DNA of 64,000 nt from an uncultured Candidatus Saccharibacteria bacterium (GTDB lineage Bacteria; Patescibacteriota; Minisyncoccia; Phycocordibacterales; UBA6899), in NCBI GenBank assembly GCA_964515375.1, contig CAZERF010000002.1, forward strand, positions 93,164 to 157,163. The letters are read 5' to 3'. Within the stretch, counting starts at the first letter, position 1. The number at the start of each line of letters is the position of its first letter. The notes below the pieces were generated by a model. The model worked only from the letters and a program-made list of their open reading frames with translations, was not told where the DNA came from and searched no databases. Positions 9,317 through 18,806 of the stretch are shown piece after piece. Position numbers and translations under genes: made by a program.

Positions 9317-10159
9317 ATGCCCCCAAAATACCCTTCTCCTCGTCGCACGCTTCTTATTAGGATCATCGCTTTCGCGGGTTTTGTTTGGATCATCTTTTCT
9401 TTGTTGCGTGCGGAGGGTATTCTTCCTCCTTCCGACGGAGGGGTGGTCGCGTGTCCTGCGGATGTGATGATCTGCCCTGACGGTTCGGGAGTCGGACGTG
9501 TGGCTCCGTCGTGTGCGTTCGCGCCATGTCCCGCGGGAAGCAATGCGATCACTCCATTCAAAAACCCGCTCATTGCGAACGCGATCGAGCAATATCTCCT
9601 CACGCAAATTCGTTTCAGTTGGGAGACGCGTCCTGATAGTTATCGACAATGTGCCGTTTTCCCGCTTGATCATACTGAAGCACTGTTCCCGATCTCGGTC
9701 TGGGTGGTGTGCGGCGAATATGTGTTCGAGGGAGACACTGCACGTATGGTATCCGGCTCTTCCGGTCCGGCACTTGTCGCGTATCCGAACGAGCTTTCCT
9801 TTTATGACCCCGCGCGTTTTACTCACGAAGCCCCGCGAGACGGAGCATTCTACGACGAGGATATTGCGCGTATCTTTTCTCCTGTGGCACAAGAGGGAAT
9901 CGTGACGCTTGACCGCGCGTCCGTCACCGCGACGGCAGGGCTACGAGCGGAAGAAGCGTTCCGTGCGTGGAATGCGGTCGTTGTTGCGATCAAAAATTGC
10001 GAGGTTGAATCTGTGATGCAAGCGCATAGCAGGGAAGTGTCGGCGAGGCTCAAGGACGGGAGCACTCTTCGTGCGATCGAGCCTCGTATTGACGACATCA
10101 TAGACGTTGCGGATGTTGCTTCCGCTTCGTGCGGAAAGATCAGAATGGCGACGGAGTGA
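9317..10159 (+). CDS. Membrane-anchored hypothetical protein with a Cys-rich motif
   Basis: N-terminal TM followed by VACPADVMICPDGSGVGRVAPSCAFAPCP. Confidence 0.75.
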   Translation: MPPKYPSPRRTLLIRIIAFAGFVWIIFSLLRAEGILPPSDGGVVACPADVMICPDGSGVGRVAPSCAFAPCPAGSNAITPFKNPLIANAIEQYLLTQIRFSWETRPDSYRQCAVFPLDHTEALFPISVWVVCGEYVFEGDTARMVSGSSGPALVAYPNELSFYDPARFTHEAPRDGAFYDEDIARIFSPVAQEGIVTLDRASVTATAGLRAEEAFRAWNAVVVAIKNCEVESVMQAHSREVSARLKDGSTLRAIEPRIDDIIDVADVASASCGKIRMATE

Positions 10160-10264
10160 TCATCCTGAGTCTCGTTGCGCTTTTGTTCGCTTCGTGATAG
10201 TAGAACAGTACGTCATTTCTGACGGATTGTTCATTTTTGTTACAAAAAAGTAAGGAGAGATCAC

Positions 10265-10543
10265 ATGTGCGCTCCCGAATCCTATGTCAACGAACATCGT
10301 CCTTCGATCGAAGAAGCATTGGCGCTTGAAGGGAAGGAGACTGTTGCCGCCGCGATGCGCTCGCTCGAAGAGAAGGGGTACTTCACCCCGAAGCCTCGTC
10401 CGTGGTGTCTTGGGTTCTGTGAATGCGGTCGCGGTCATCGCTCCTACGCGATTCTCGATCACTTCGGCGATCTGGTCATGGAGGCCCCCGACAAGGCGAC
10501 CGCCGAACTCATCATCGCTGCGGTCAACGCGTACGCAGCGTAG
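10265..10543 (+). CDS. Hypothetical protein
   Basis: Strong RBS (TAAGGAG) upstream; hairpin/T-tract at ~10566-10592 downstream. Confidence 0.65.
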   Translation: MCAPESYVNEHRPSIEEALALEGKETVAAAMRSLEEKGYFTPKPRPWCLGFCECGRGHRSYAILDHFGDLVMEAPDKATAELIIAAVNAYAA

Positions 10544-10624
10544 CCACTCCTTCCTATTTCCCATCACCCGCCGCCACGGCGGGTTTTCTTTTCCTTCCCC
10601 ATCGTCATGCTACAATACTCCCAC

Positions 10625-11254
10625 ATGGAACTGATCGACTTCATTATTCACATCGACGTGTATCTCGAGCGCATTGTCGCGTTCGCGGGGATGTGGACCT
10701 ATGTCGTTCTCTTTGCGATCATCTTTGTTGAGACGGGACTCGTGGTGATGCCGTTTTTGCCCGGGGACTCGCTCCTCTTTGCGGTCGGTGCGCTTGCGGG
10801 TAGTGGGTTCTTGGATGTGTGGATCGCGTATGTGACGATGCTTGCGGCGGCGATCTTGGGCGACACGGTCAATTATTCCATCGGACGCTTTGCTGGAATG
10901 AAACTTTTTGCGCGCTCCGACTCCCGTGTGTTCAATCGTACACACCTTGCCAAGACGGAAGCCTTTTACGCAAAGTACGGTGGCAAGACGATCATCATTG
11001 CACGCTTTGTGCCGATCGTGCGCACGTTCGCACCTTTTGTTGCAGGAATGGCCCACATGCGCTATTCGACCTTCATTCTTTTTAATATTACCGGGGCTTT
11101 TCTCTGGGTTACATCGTTGCTCTTCGCGGGATATTTCTTCGGTGGGCTCCCGTTTGTGCAGGAGAATTTTGAATATGTGGTCTTTGGGATCATTGGCGTC
11201 TCGGTCCTCCCGATGGTGTTCGAGTATGTGAAACATAAGCGCGCGCAACGATGA
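10625..11254 (+). CDS. dedA: DedA family membrane protein
   Basis: FVETGLVVMPFLPGDSLLFAVGA; IIIARFVPIVRTFAPFVAG. Confidence 0.95.
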   Translation: MELIDFIIHIDVYLERIVAFAGMWTYVVLFAIIFVETGLVVMPFLPGDSLLFAVGALAGSGFLDVWIAYVTMLAAAILGDTVNYSIGRFAGMKLFARSDSRVFNRTHLAKTEAFYAKYGGKTIIIARFVPIVRTFAPFVAGMAHMRYSTFILFNITGAFLWVTSLLFAGYFFGGLPFVQENFEYVVFGIIGVSVLPMVFEYVKHKRAQR

Positions 11255-11679
11255 CAATTATTGAAGAAGTACGCACCCTCAATATTCCTCAGGGCCAGTA
11301 CTGCGTGATTGGAAGTGGTGTCATGTCGGCACATGGAATACGTGAACATCGTGATATTGATCTTCTTGTGACACGCAACCTCTTTGATGATCTCGTTGAA
11401 CGCGGGTGGAAGATTCGTCGTGTCAATTTGGCACTTGTGGTTGCTGAATGGGGGAGTGTTGAGGCAAGTCCGGACATGGTGACATTGCCGAATTATCAGC
11501 CCGACACTACCGCGATTATTGCTCGATCGAATATTTGTGACGGTATTGCATTTATGACTCTTTCCGACCTTATCGCATTTAAAACCGCATTGGGTCGCGC
11601 GAAGGACGTTAGCGACCTCGCGCTCATTGCCTCGCATCAGTTGTCTCCCTGCTCCATGTGCGGTAGTGTGAAGCAATGA
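11251..11679 (+). CDS. Nucleotidyltransferase-fold hypothetical protein
   Basis: VIGSG...REHRDIDLLV (GS...DxD) and C-terminal KTALGRAKDVSD. Confidence 0.7.
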   Translation: MTIIEEVRTLNIPQGQYCVIGSGVMSAHGIREHRDIDLLVTRNLFDDLVERGWKIRRVNLALVVAEWGSVEASPDMVTLPNYQPDTTAIIARSNICDGIAFMTLSDLIAFKTALGRAKDVSDLALIASHQLSPCSMCGSVKQ

Positions 11680-12092
11680 AATATCTCGGTATTGATTATG
11701 GAACGAAGCGCGTGGGTATCGCCACCTCCGACGATAGTGGGCGGATGGCCTTTCCTTGCTGCGTCCTTCCAAACACAAAAACGCTCGTCGAAGATATTGC
11801 GGCACTTTGCGCGAAGGAGCGCATTCAGGCGATCGTGGTCGGGGATTCGCGTGATAATCGCAATCAGGCCAATCCGATCATGTCCGTTGTGATCCCTTTT
11901 TCCGAAGAGTTGAAGCGCGTGACCGGGCTCCCGCTTTCCTTCATGAACGAAGCATTCTCCTCGCGCGAAGCAATGCATGTGCAGGGCGACAACGCGCACA
12001 ACGATGCCTCCGCCGCCGCGATCGTCCTCCAAAGCTTTCTCGATCGCGTCAATCCGTCGACCTTCATCGACAACGATGACGAGACGCTCTGA
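11676..12092 (+). CDS. ruvX: Holliday junction resolvase-like RuvX/YqgF
   Basis: LGIDYGTKRVGIATSD; NEAFSS; DASAAAIVLQSFL. Confidence 0.93.
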   Translation: MKYLGIDYGTKRVGIATSDDSGRMAFPCCVLPNTKTLVEDIAALCAKERIQAIVVGDSRDNRNQANPIMSVVIPFSEELKRVTGLPLSFMNEAFSSREAMHVQGDNAHNDASAAAIVLQSFLDRVNPSTFIDNDDETL

Positions 12093-12142
12093 TGTGCTAG
12101 AATGGTGGTGTTTCTTTACTCAAATTCCATTACATTACGCTT

Positions 12143-12556
12143 ATGATCACTGTTGATGAATTCCATGCTGTTGAAATGAAGGTCGGGACGATCCTTGTCG
12201 CCGAATATATCGAAGGTGCGGACAAGCTCCTTCGTCTTGAGGTGGACTTTGGTCCGAAGCCGCGTGCGGTCGACGTTGCTCAAGAACGTGTTGATCCCAC
12301 CGAAGAGACCACCCCTTCTGCTCAAGCGGACAATATTTCCGAAGAGCGTGATATTCGCCAGATCCTCTCGGGGATCCGCGCGTACTACGAACCCGTGGAC
12401 CTGATCGGCAAGCAATGCCCCTTTGTGGTGAACCTCGCTCCGCGAACGATGCGCGGACTCGAGAGTCACGGTATGATTCTTGCGGTTGGTGTCGGCCCCG
12501 AAGCAGTCCTCCTCCACCCCGACAAACCTGTCCCCCCGGGAAGCGCGTTGCGCTGA
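12143..12556 (+). CDS. tRNA-binding OB-fold protein (MetG C-terminal/CsaA/Trbp111-like)
   Basis: EGADKLLRLEVDFG..RQILSGI..VNLAPRTMRGLESHGMIL. Confidence 0.9.
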   Translation: MITVDEFHAVEMKVGTILVAEYIEGADKLLRLEVDFGPKPRAVDVAQERVDPTEETTPSAQADNISEERDIRQILSGIRAYYEPVDLIGKQCPFVVNLAPRTMRGLESHGMILAVGVGPEAVLLHPDKPVPPGSALR

Positions 12557-12632
12557 CTCTTTTTGTGATAGGTCTCGTGTTCTGTGCAGAACAGAGGTGC
12601 GCGTTCGGTGTTTTTTGCGTATACTAGAGGTG

Positions 12633-13700
12633 ATGTCCTTGTTTTCCGCACCGAAATTCCTTGCGATGCCCGCAATCGGGCTTGATATCTCGATGGACGC
12701 GATCCGCTTCATTGAGCTTGCCCACAAGGGTGACAAACTTATCGTCTCACGTTTTGCGGGGCGACAATTCCCCATGGGGACAGTCGCGGAAGGACGCTCG
12801 AGCGACAAGAAGAAACTCCAAGACGTGATCGGCTCCTTGGCCCACGAATTCAAACTTGGCTTTGCAAATGTCTCACTTCCTGAAGAGCAGGCTTATCTTG
12901 CGAATATGCAGGTCCCTCGTGTGTCCGGAGGAGAGCTTCGTGACGCGATCGAGCTTCACCTTGAGGAATATGTCCCCATCTCCGGACCCGATGCGATATT
13001 TGATTATGTGATCGTTGGAGACGGAGGTCGACGCAAGGATACGATCGATGTGGTCGTGTCGGTGATGCCACGCGCGATCATCGATGAGTATCTCGAGATC
13101 TTTCACGGAACCGGCGTAACCCCCAAGGCGTTCGAACTCGAATCACAAGCGATGGCGCGTTCGATCATTCCGCGTGGAGACAACGGTACGTTCCTTGTGG
13201 TCGATATTGGCAAGATGGTCACGGATATCTTTGTTGCCGCGCACGGGGTGGTGCAATTCTCCGCGTCGCTTGATGTGGGAGGACACAACTTCACTCAAGC
13301 GATCGCCAAAGCACTCGGGGTCACGTATGAAGAAGCAGAAGCACTCAAGGGAAAGCACGGACTGGTCGGGGGAGGGAAGGATGCGGATCTGCGTGCGGTG
13401 CTTGCTCCCGCCGTATCTGATTTTCGCACGCGTATCATGCAACACTATATGTACTGGCAAACACATCACGGCGAGAAGGTCGGAGGCAACATCGAGGCGG
13501 TTTACCTTACGGGTGGTGGCGCAAATCTCAAAGGCATCGCGGAATTCCTCGCGACGGGAGTGGACGTGCAGGTCAAGATCGCGAACCCGTGGGTGAACGT
13601 ATGCTCCTTCGAGGAATACATTCCTCCGCTTCCCATGCGACAGTCGCACGGATTTTCCGCGGCGATCGGACTTGCCTTGCGGGACTCCTTTTCCGCATAA
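12633..13700 (+). CDS. pilM: Type IV pilus assembly protein PilM
   Basis: IGLDIS, VVDIGK, LTGGGANLKG, NPW, AAIGLALR (actin-like fold). Confidence 0.9.
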   Translation: MSLFSAPKFLAMPAIGLDISMDAIRFIELAHKGDKLIVSRFAGRQFPMGTVAEGRSSDKKKLQDVIGSLAHEFKLGFANVSLPEEQAYLANMQVPRVSGGELRDAIELHLEEYVPISGPDAIFDYVIVGDGGRRKDTIDVVVSVMPRAIIDEYLEIFHGTGVTPKAFELESQAMARSIIPRGDNGTFLVVDIGKMVTDIFVAAHGVVQFSASLDVGGHNFTQAIAKALGVTYEEAEALKGKHGLVGGGKDADLRAVLAPAVSDFRTRIMQHYMYWQTHHGEKVGGNIEAVYLTGGGANLKGIAEFLATGVDVQVKIANPWVNVCSFEEYIPPLPMRQSHGFSAAIGLALRDSFSA

Positions 13701-13712
13701 TCAGAACAGATC

Positions 13713-14255
13713 ATGATCAACCTCCTCTCTCCATCCGAAAAAAAGAAGATCCTTCACGAGTACTATGTGCGTCTCGGCGTGCTTGTCGCGCTCGGCGTGT
13801 TCCTCATTGAGCTCGCTACATTTGCAATGTTGATTCCTTCGTACGCGGCGATCACGACCGAGGTCGACGCGCTTTCGACCGAGCTCAACGAACGCAAGAG
13901 CGCCGTGCTTCCGGGGGACGAAGAGGCGCAGCAAGAATTGAACACGATCAAGGAAAAGGTTGCCCTGCTCAAACCGTCCTCCGCCACCTCGGATCGAACT
14001 CCGTCGTCGGTACTTGCGGAGATGCTTCGCGACAAACCGCGCGGGCTTGATATCTCCTCCTTTACCTACGGTCGCTCCGGCGCCGAGGTGCTTCTTCAGG
14101 TGGGTGGGATCGCGCGCACGCGCGAAGATCTGCTCGCCTTTCAGCGCTCTCTGCTTCGGGAGGACAGCATCTTTACCGACGTGCGCTATTCCGAGAATTT
14201 CTTGACCAAAAAAGAAGACATTAATTTTCAGATCACAATAAAGCTCAAGCCGTAA
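13713..14255 (+). CDS. PilN-like protein
   Basis: MINLL motif, one TM, coiled coil; follows pilM. Confidence 0.75.
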   Translation: MINLLSPSEKKKILHEYYVRLGVLVALGVFLIELATFAMLIPSYAAITTEVDALSTELNERKSAVLPGDEEAQQELNTIKEKVALLKPSSATSDRTPSSVLAEMLRDKPRGLDISSFTYGRSGAEVLLQVGGIARTREDLLAFQRSLLREDSIFTDVRYSENFLTKKEDINFQITIKLKP

Positions 14256-14265
14256 TCTTTTTATC

Positions 14266-14805
14266 ATGCGCCGCACACTACACATCCTCATACTGCTCGT
14301 TCTGCTCGACCTTCTCGGAGCGGGTGCGTTGTGGTACGGGTATTCCTTCATGCACGACAAGAAGACCGGCGCGGGAGGGCTCACTCAGGAGCTTGTTCTC
14401 GAGAAGCAGCGCGGGGAACGCCTCTCCGCTCTTCGTGGCGCGCTTGAGTCCTCCCGTGAAGACCACCTTGCGATCGAGGAATACTTGTTTGATCCGAGCG
14501 AAGAAAATCAGATCGCGTTCCTTTCGATATTGGAGGGGATGGGCACTCCGACCACCGGAGCGACTATCGCAGTGACCTCTTTCGAATTGACCAAGGATGC
14601 ACCACGCAAGATCCGTGCCGACATGACCGTCACCGGAACATGGGGGCAACAATTTCACGTACTTCGACTGATCGAAAGCCTTCCCACTCGCACGGCGGTC
14701 GAACGTTTTGGTATTCGCCGCGTGCAAACGACACCGAATGCCCCGGATGCGTGGCAGGGTAATATTGCGTTCGAGATATTAAGTATCGCGTCAACTCCCA
14801 ACTGA
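14266..14805 (+). CDS. PilO-like protein
   Basis: N-terminal TM, VTGTWGQQFHVLRLIESLP; position in the operon. Confidence 0.7.
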   Translation: MRRTLHILILLVLLDLLGAGALWYGYSFMHDKKTGAGGLTQELVLEKQRGERLSALRGALESSREDHLAIEEYLFDPSEENQIAFLSILEGMGTPTTGATIAVTSFELTKDAPRKIRADMTVTGTWGQQFHVLRLIESLPTRTAVERFGIRRVQTTPNAPDAWQGNIAFEILSIASTPN

Positions 14806-14806
14806 T

Positions 14807-15244
14807 ATGGAAGGCACACGTTTTACATTTTCAAAATTCCGTCTGCATTCCTCGTTCCGACTCTTTGACGGAACGAGTTCCGGTGCTCGTTCAGTGTGGC
14901 ACATGTATCTCATTCTCCTTGTCGCGGGAATGGTCGGGGTCGGCGTCTTTGCCTACCTCACGTACCTCTGGGCGATAACAGATGACTCTTTTGTCCCTCC
15001 CTCGTCTCCCTCTCGTGACACGCAGACTATCGCTGAGTTGCGTTCGGTTGTCGAGCTTTATGAGGATCGTGCACGAGAACATGCGGAGCTTCGCGCAAAG
15101 GCGCCCGCCGCACCACTCTATCTTCAGGGTACTGGTGCTTCTGTTCTCCCTGTTTCGGCGGGAGAGACGGCGCTCCCTGCTGAAGTTCCTCTCGTGGAGA
15201 CCTCAACAACAACAGGAACTACAACTTCTTCCGCTCGGGAATAG
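14807..15244 (+). CDS. Hypothetical single-TM protein, last gene of the pil cluster
   Basis: 145 aa ORF starting 1 bp after the PilO-like gene. Confidence 0.7.
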   Translation: MEGTRFTFSKFRLHSSFRLFDGTSSGARSVWHMYLILLVAGMVGVGVFAYLTYLWAITDDSFVPPSSPSRDTQTIAELRSVVELYEDRAREHAELRAKAPAAPLYLQGTGASVLPVSAGETALPAEVPLVETSTTTGTTTSSARE

Positions 15245-15302
15245 TGAACTTTTGAACCTTCAATGTTTAACGTCAAAACCGCCCCTGGGCGGTTTTTTTG
15301 TA

Positions 15303-15483
15303 GTGGGCGATAGAGGACTCGAACCTCTGACCTTCGCAGTGTAAATGCGTTGCTCTATTCGAGATCGGCTTCGGAGTGAAACGAAGAAGGCGAGTGGTGA
15401 CCGGCGTCCGCGGCGGCGGACACCTTGTCGAAAAAGCCGGCCCGGTGCCGAGGCCTTGCGAGGACCGGCTTACCAACTGAGCT
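15303..15483 (-). pseudogene. Interrupted tandem duplicate of tRNA-Val
   Basis: 15303-15357 is identical to 15488-15542. 15471-15483 repeats the D-arm (AGCTCAGTTGGTA). A 113 nt insert lies between them, and the 5' acceptor strand is missing. Confidence 0.85.
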
Positions 15484-15488
15484 TGATG

Positions 15489-15561
15489 TGGGCGATAGAG
15501 GACTCGAACCTCTGACCTTCGCAGTGTAAATGCGTTGCTCTACCAACTGAGCTAATCGCCC
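15489..15561 (-). tRNA. tRNA-Val (anticodon TAC)
   Basis: GGGCGATTAGCTCAGTTGGTAGAGC..CGCA-TTTACAC-TGCG..GGTTCGAGTCC..ATCGCCCA. Confidence 0.96.
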
Positions 15562-15680
15562 TTCTTTTTTATCGCCCGCCAAACAACTCTTGACGCGCAA
15601 TGATCTGCATTCATTGAACCTTTCAAAGGATAGTCTATTTTTTGTGACTCCGCAATCGCGCATCCGGTACTCCAACCCGG

Positions 15681-15752
15681 TGCCCCCGCCAAGAATCGAA
15701 CTTGGATCCGCTGCTTAGAAGGCAGCTGTTCTATCCATTGAACTACGGGGAC
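15681..15752 (-). tRNA. tRNA-Arg (anticodon TCT)
   Basis: Anticodon arm GCTGC-CTTCTAA-GCAGC; T arm CCAAG-TTCGATT-CTTGG. Confidence 0.95.
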
Positions 15753-16063
15753 GATGACCCTCCGGCGTGCGAGAGACACTGCACAGCTTACCGCACTTTA
15801 TGGCGAAAAAAAAGTATGCTCACCGAGTAATGGTGAGCATGATGTTGGATGCGGCGTGACCCTGCCTTGGGCCCGGTGACGTTTCTGGTGCACCTCCCCT
15901 CCTTTGAAAGGGGGCTAAAAGCTGCTGCTCCGCCGCAATCATCACGCGCATATTCATGTGTGCGACGATCGCGGAAGAGCACTCATGCTTATACTTTTAT
16001 TATACTCCTCTTTTAATTTTTTGTCAATATGTTTCCGCAGTCTCCATCTTATACAATAGTGCA

Positions 16064-16342
16064 ATGAAAAAACGCCTCGAATGCAAGGTTTTTGGGCGGG
16101 TGCAAATGGTGATGTTTCGCGACTTCATTCAACGCAATGCGTCCGCGCTCGGTCTTGTGGGTGAGGTCAAAAATTGCGAGGACGGATCCGTCTCTTTCAT
16201 CGCTGAAGGAGAGGAGGATGCTCTTCGTGAGTTGCTCTCATTTGCGCGGAAAGGGTCACTCCTCTCGCATGTAGAGTCTGTCGAGGAGGTGTGGAGTGAG
16301 CCGTCGGGAGTGTATGAGAAATTCCGCATCGCGTATCGGTGA
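16064..16342 (+). CDS. acyP: Acylphosphatase
   Basis: VFGRVQMVMFR..LVGEVKNCEDGSV..AEGEE. Confidence 0.92.
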   Translation: MKKRLECKVFGRVQMVMFRDFIQRNASALGLVGEVKNCEDGSVSFIAEGEEDALRELLSFARKGSLLSHVESVEEVWSEPSGVYEKFRIAYR

Positions 16343-16373
16343 CCTTTTTCTTTTAACCGCGTTATCAAAGAAC

Positions 16374-17060
16374 ATGACACAACACGAACTTCCTTATTCG
16401 ATCGGGATCATCATGGACGGCAACCGACGTTGGGCAAAAGAGCGCGGACTCCCGACATTCGAGGGTCATCGCAAGGGGTACGACAAATTGACCGAGGTGT
16501 TGGATTGGTGTCGAGAGATGGGGGTCAAAGAGCTCACTGTCTTCGCGTTTTCGACCGAAAATTGGAATCGGACACAAGAGGAGGTGGGCTATCTCATGGA
16601 TCTTTTCCGTACAATGATCGCAACCGTCGAGCGCGACGCGATTGCCAATGACACCCGCCTCATCTTTCTCGGCGAACGCTCGCGCTTTTCTTCCGATATT
16701 CTCACCGCGATCGAGCATGCGGAAGCGGTGACGGCATCGTGCGCGTCCTTTCGTTTTGGCATCGCGCTTTCGTATGGAGGGCGCGCGGAGATCGTGGATG
16801 CGATCCATCGTATTCCGCCCGAGCATCTCCCGGATATTACCGAAGAGGAATTCGCGGCGCTCTTGTGGTCGCATGAGTTGCGCGATCCCGACCTGATCAT
16901 TCGTACGAGCGGCGAGCAGCGTCTCTCCGGATTTCTCACATGGGGAAGTGTCTACAGCGAACTCGCTTTCACTGATACATATTGGCCGGCCTTTACAAAA
17001 GAAGAGTTCACCACCATGCTTGCTGATTATGCGGCGCGGGGGAGGCGCTTTGGAAAATAA
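16374..17060 (+). CDS. uppS: Undecaprenyl/polyprenyl diphosphate synthase
   Basis: IIMDGNRRWAK, AFSTENWNR, LSYGGRAEI, DLIIRTSGEQRLSGFL. Confidence 0.96.
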   Translation: MTQHELPYSIGIIMDGNRRWAKERGLPTFEGHRKGYDKLTEVLDWCREMGVKELTVFAFSTENWNRTQEEVGYLMDLFRTMIATVERDAIANDTRLIFLGERSRFSSDILTAIEHAEAVTASCASFRFGIALSYGGRAEIVDAIHRIPPEHLPDITEEEFAALLWSHELRDPDLIIRTSGEQRLSGFLTWGSVYSELAFTDTYWPAFTKEEFTTMLADYAARGRRFGK

Positions 17061-17084
17061 CGCTTGACGTGTATTGTAGGGAGA

Positions 17085-17798
17085 ATGGAACCGATCATCC
17101 TCTATGAAGACAACGACATGCTCGTGCTCGACAAGCCGAGCGGTCTTGTGGTGCATTCCGATGGTCGCACTGAAGAACGCACGCTTTCTGAATGGGTCGC
17201 CGCACACTATCCGGTACTTCATGAAGTAGGAGGCCTTCACACACTCGATTCGGGGCGGTATGCGCCGCGTATGGGTATTGTGCATCGTCTCGATCGCGCG
17301 ACCTCCGGAATCGTTCTTGTCGCGAAGCATGACGACGCGTTCTACTTTCTTCAACGTCAATTTCTTGATCGCTCGATCGTGAAATCGTATCGCGCGTTCG
17401 TGCATGGGGTCCCCGAAGCGAAAGAGGGGGTCATTGATCGCGCGATCGGGCGCAGTCGGAGTGATTTTCGCAAATGGGCGACGGAAGAGGACGCGCGCGG
17501 GACACTCCGGCCCGCGATCTCCCACCATGAGACGCTCGAAGACAACGGACACTATGCTTTTCTCGCGCTTTCTCCCAAGACGGGGCGTACCCATCAATTG
17601 CGCGTCCATCTTTCGGCGATCGGGCACCCGATCCTCTGCGATGGGCGGTACGGGGGAGCATGCGGGCTTCGTCTGTCTCGCCTTGCGCTCCATGCGGACG
17701 CGCTGACGGTTCGCCTCCTGAACGGCGAAACACGCACTTTTGCTGCGCCGCTTCCCGAGGAGTTCGTCACGGCGCTTGCCCTTTTGCGTGAGGGGTAG
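17085..17798 (+). CDS. RluA-family pseudouridine synthase
   Basis: [39 protein letters not shown]. Confidence 0.95.
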   Translation: MEPIILYEDNDMLVLDKPSGLVVHSDGRTEERTLSEWVAAHYPVLHEVGGLHTLDSGRYAPRMGIVHRLDRATSGIVLVAKHDDAFYFLQRQFLDRSIVKSYRAFVHGVPEAKEGVIDRAIGRSRSDFRKWATEEDARGTLRPAISHHETLEDNGHYAFLALSPKTGRTHQLRVHLSAIGHPILCDGRYGGACGLRLSRLALHADALTVRLLNGETRTFAAPLPEEFVTALALLREG

Positions 17799-17865
17799 TG
17801 TGTTTCCGGAACAAAACCCTTTTTCTTGCAAAAAAACGGGGCGTGTGATAGATTGCGTGCTACCT

Positions 17866-18315
17866 ATGAACACGCAATTGATCAACAAATTCACGCTTTC
17901 TCCGGTGGACACGGAGGCGCGCAAGAAGCTTGGCGTCAGTACGGGCGATACGGTCCGTGTCTGGGTCAAGGTGCTCGAGGATGCCGAGAAGAAGAAGTTT
18001 CGTCTCCAGGCGTTCGAGGGTCTGGTCCTCGCGCGCAAGCACGGTTCCGAGCCGGGCGCGACCATTACGGTCCGCAAGGTTGCGAGCGGTGTCGGTGTTG
18101 AGCGTATCTTCCCGCTTTACTCGCCTATGATCGACAAGATCGAGATCGTCAAGAACTCGACCGTCCGCCGTGCGAAGCTCTACTACGTTCGCGAGCGTGC
18201 CGTGCGCGATGTGCGCCGCAAGATGAAGCAGACCCGAATGTCCGGTGCTTCGACCAAGGACTTCGAGTCGGCACCTGTCTCCGCCGAGGCGACTCCCGAG
18301 GTTGCGGCAGAATAA
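17866..18315 (+). CDS. rplS: 50S ribosomal protein L19
   Basis: [46 protein letters not shown]. Confidence 0.97.
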   Translation: MNTQLINKFTLSPVDTEARKKLGVSTGDTVRVWVKVLEDAEKKKFRLQAFEGLVLARKHGSEPGATITVRKVASGVGVERIFPLYSPMIDKIEIVKNSTVRRAKLYYVRERAVRDVRRKMKQTRMSGASTKDFESAPVSAEATPEVAAE

Positions 18316-18411
18316 TTCTCATGAATGTCCGAAACACCCGTCACCCCGACGGGTGTTTCTTTTTTGGGACTTGATAATTTTTCGTGGATTGACTATAGTA
18401 TGAACACTCAA

Positions 18412-18498
18412 GTCCGGGTGGCGAAATTGGTAGACGCACTACCTTGAGGTGGTAGCGCCCGTTAGGGCATGGAGGTTCAAGTCCTCTCCCGGACACCA
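18412..18498 (+). tRNA. tRNA-Leu (anticodon GAG)
   Basis: Anticodon arm CTACC-TTGAGGT-GGTAG, long variable arm, encoded CCA. Confidence 0.96.
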
Positions 18499-18715
18499 TA
18501 CAAAAAAAAGCGTCTTTGACGCTTTTTTTTGTATGGTGTCTGGAGCAAGACAACTGCTTGTCTTGCGCGAGAGGACTTGAAGACCCCGCCGTTGTTTCGG
18601 CTTTGCGAAACCGCCGGGGTGTACAGCGTCGGTAAGACGAAAGTCCTCTCCCGGACACCTATTGGCTTTTGTGAGCAATGCGAAGCAAAAGACTTAGTGA
18701 CTTGTGACCAAGTCC
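18499..18715. repeat. tRNA-Leu(GAG)-derived inverted and direct 3'-end repeats with structured inserts
   Basis: Hairpin at 18499-18533; inverted tRNA end at 18534-18581, split by a hairpin at 18545-18566; direct copy AAGTCCTCTCCCGGACACC at 18641-18659; further CAAGTCC at 18709-18715. Confidence 0.85.
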
Positions 18716-18806
18716 GTGGCACACAAAGACACCACGGTGAAGCGATAGTTTTGCCGTGGTTTTGTCTGTGTCACCTTTTCTCGCCATTCTTGTTATCAAG
18801 AGTACT

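Noticed and set aside
15303-15483. Functional intron-containing tRNA-Val
   Set aside because: The copy lacks the 5' acceptor strand, and the insert is too short for a group I or II intron.
15841-15943. SRP RNA or a known riboswitch
   Set aside because: I could not find the SRP domain IV consensus or a recognisable riboswitch core on either strand.
16365-18077. 570 aa minus-strand ORF
   Set aside because: Antisense shadow of uppS, the RluA-family gene and rplS, with no recognisable motifs.
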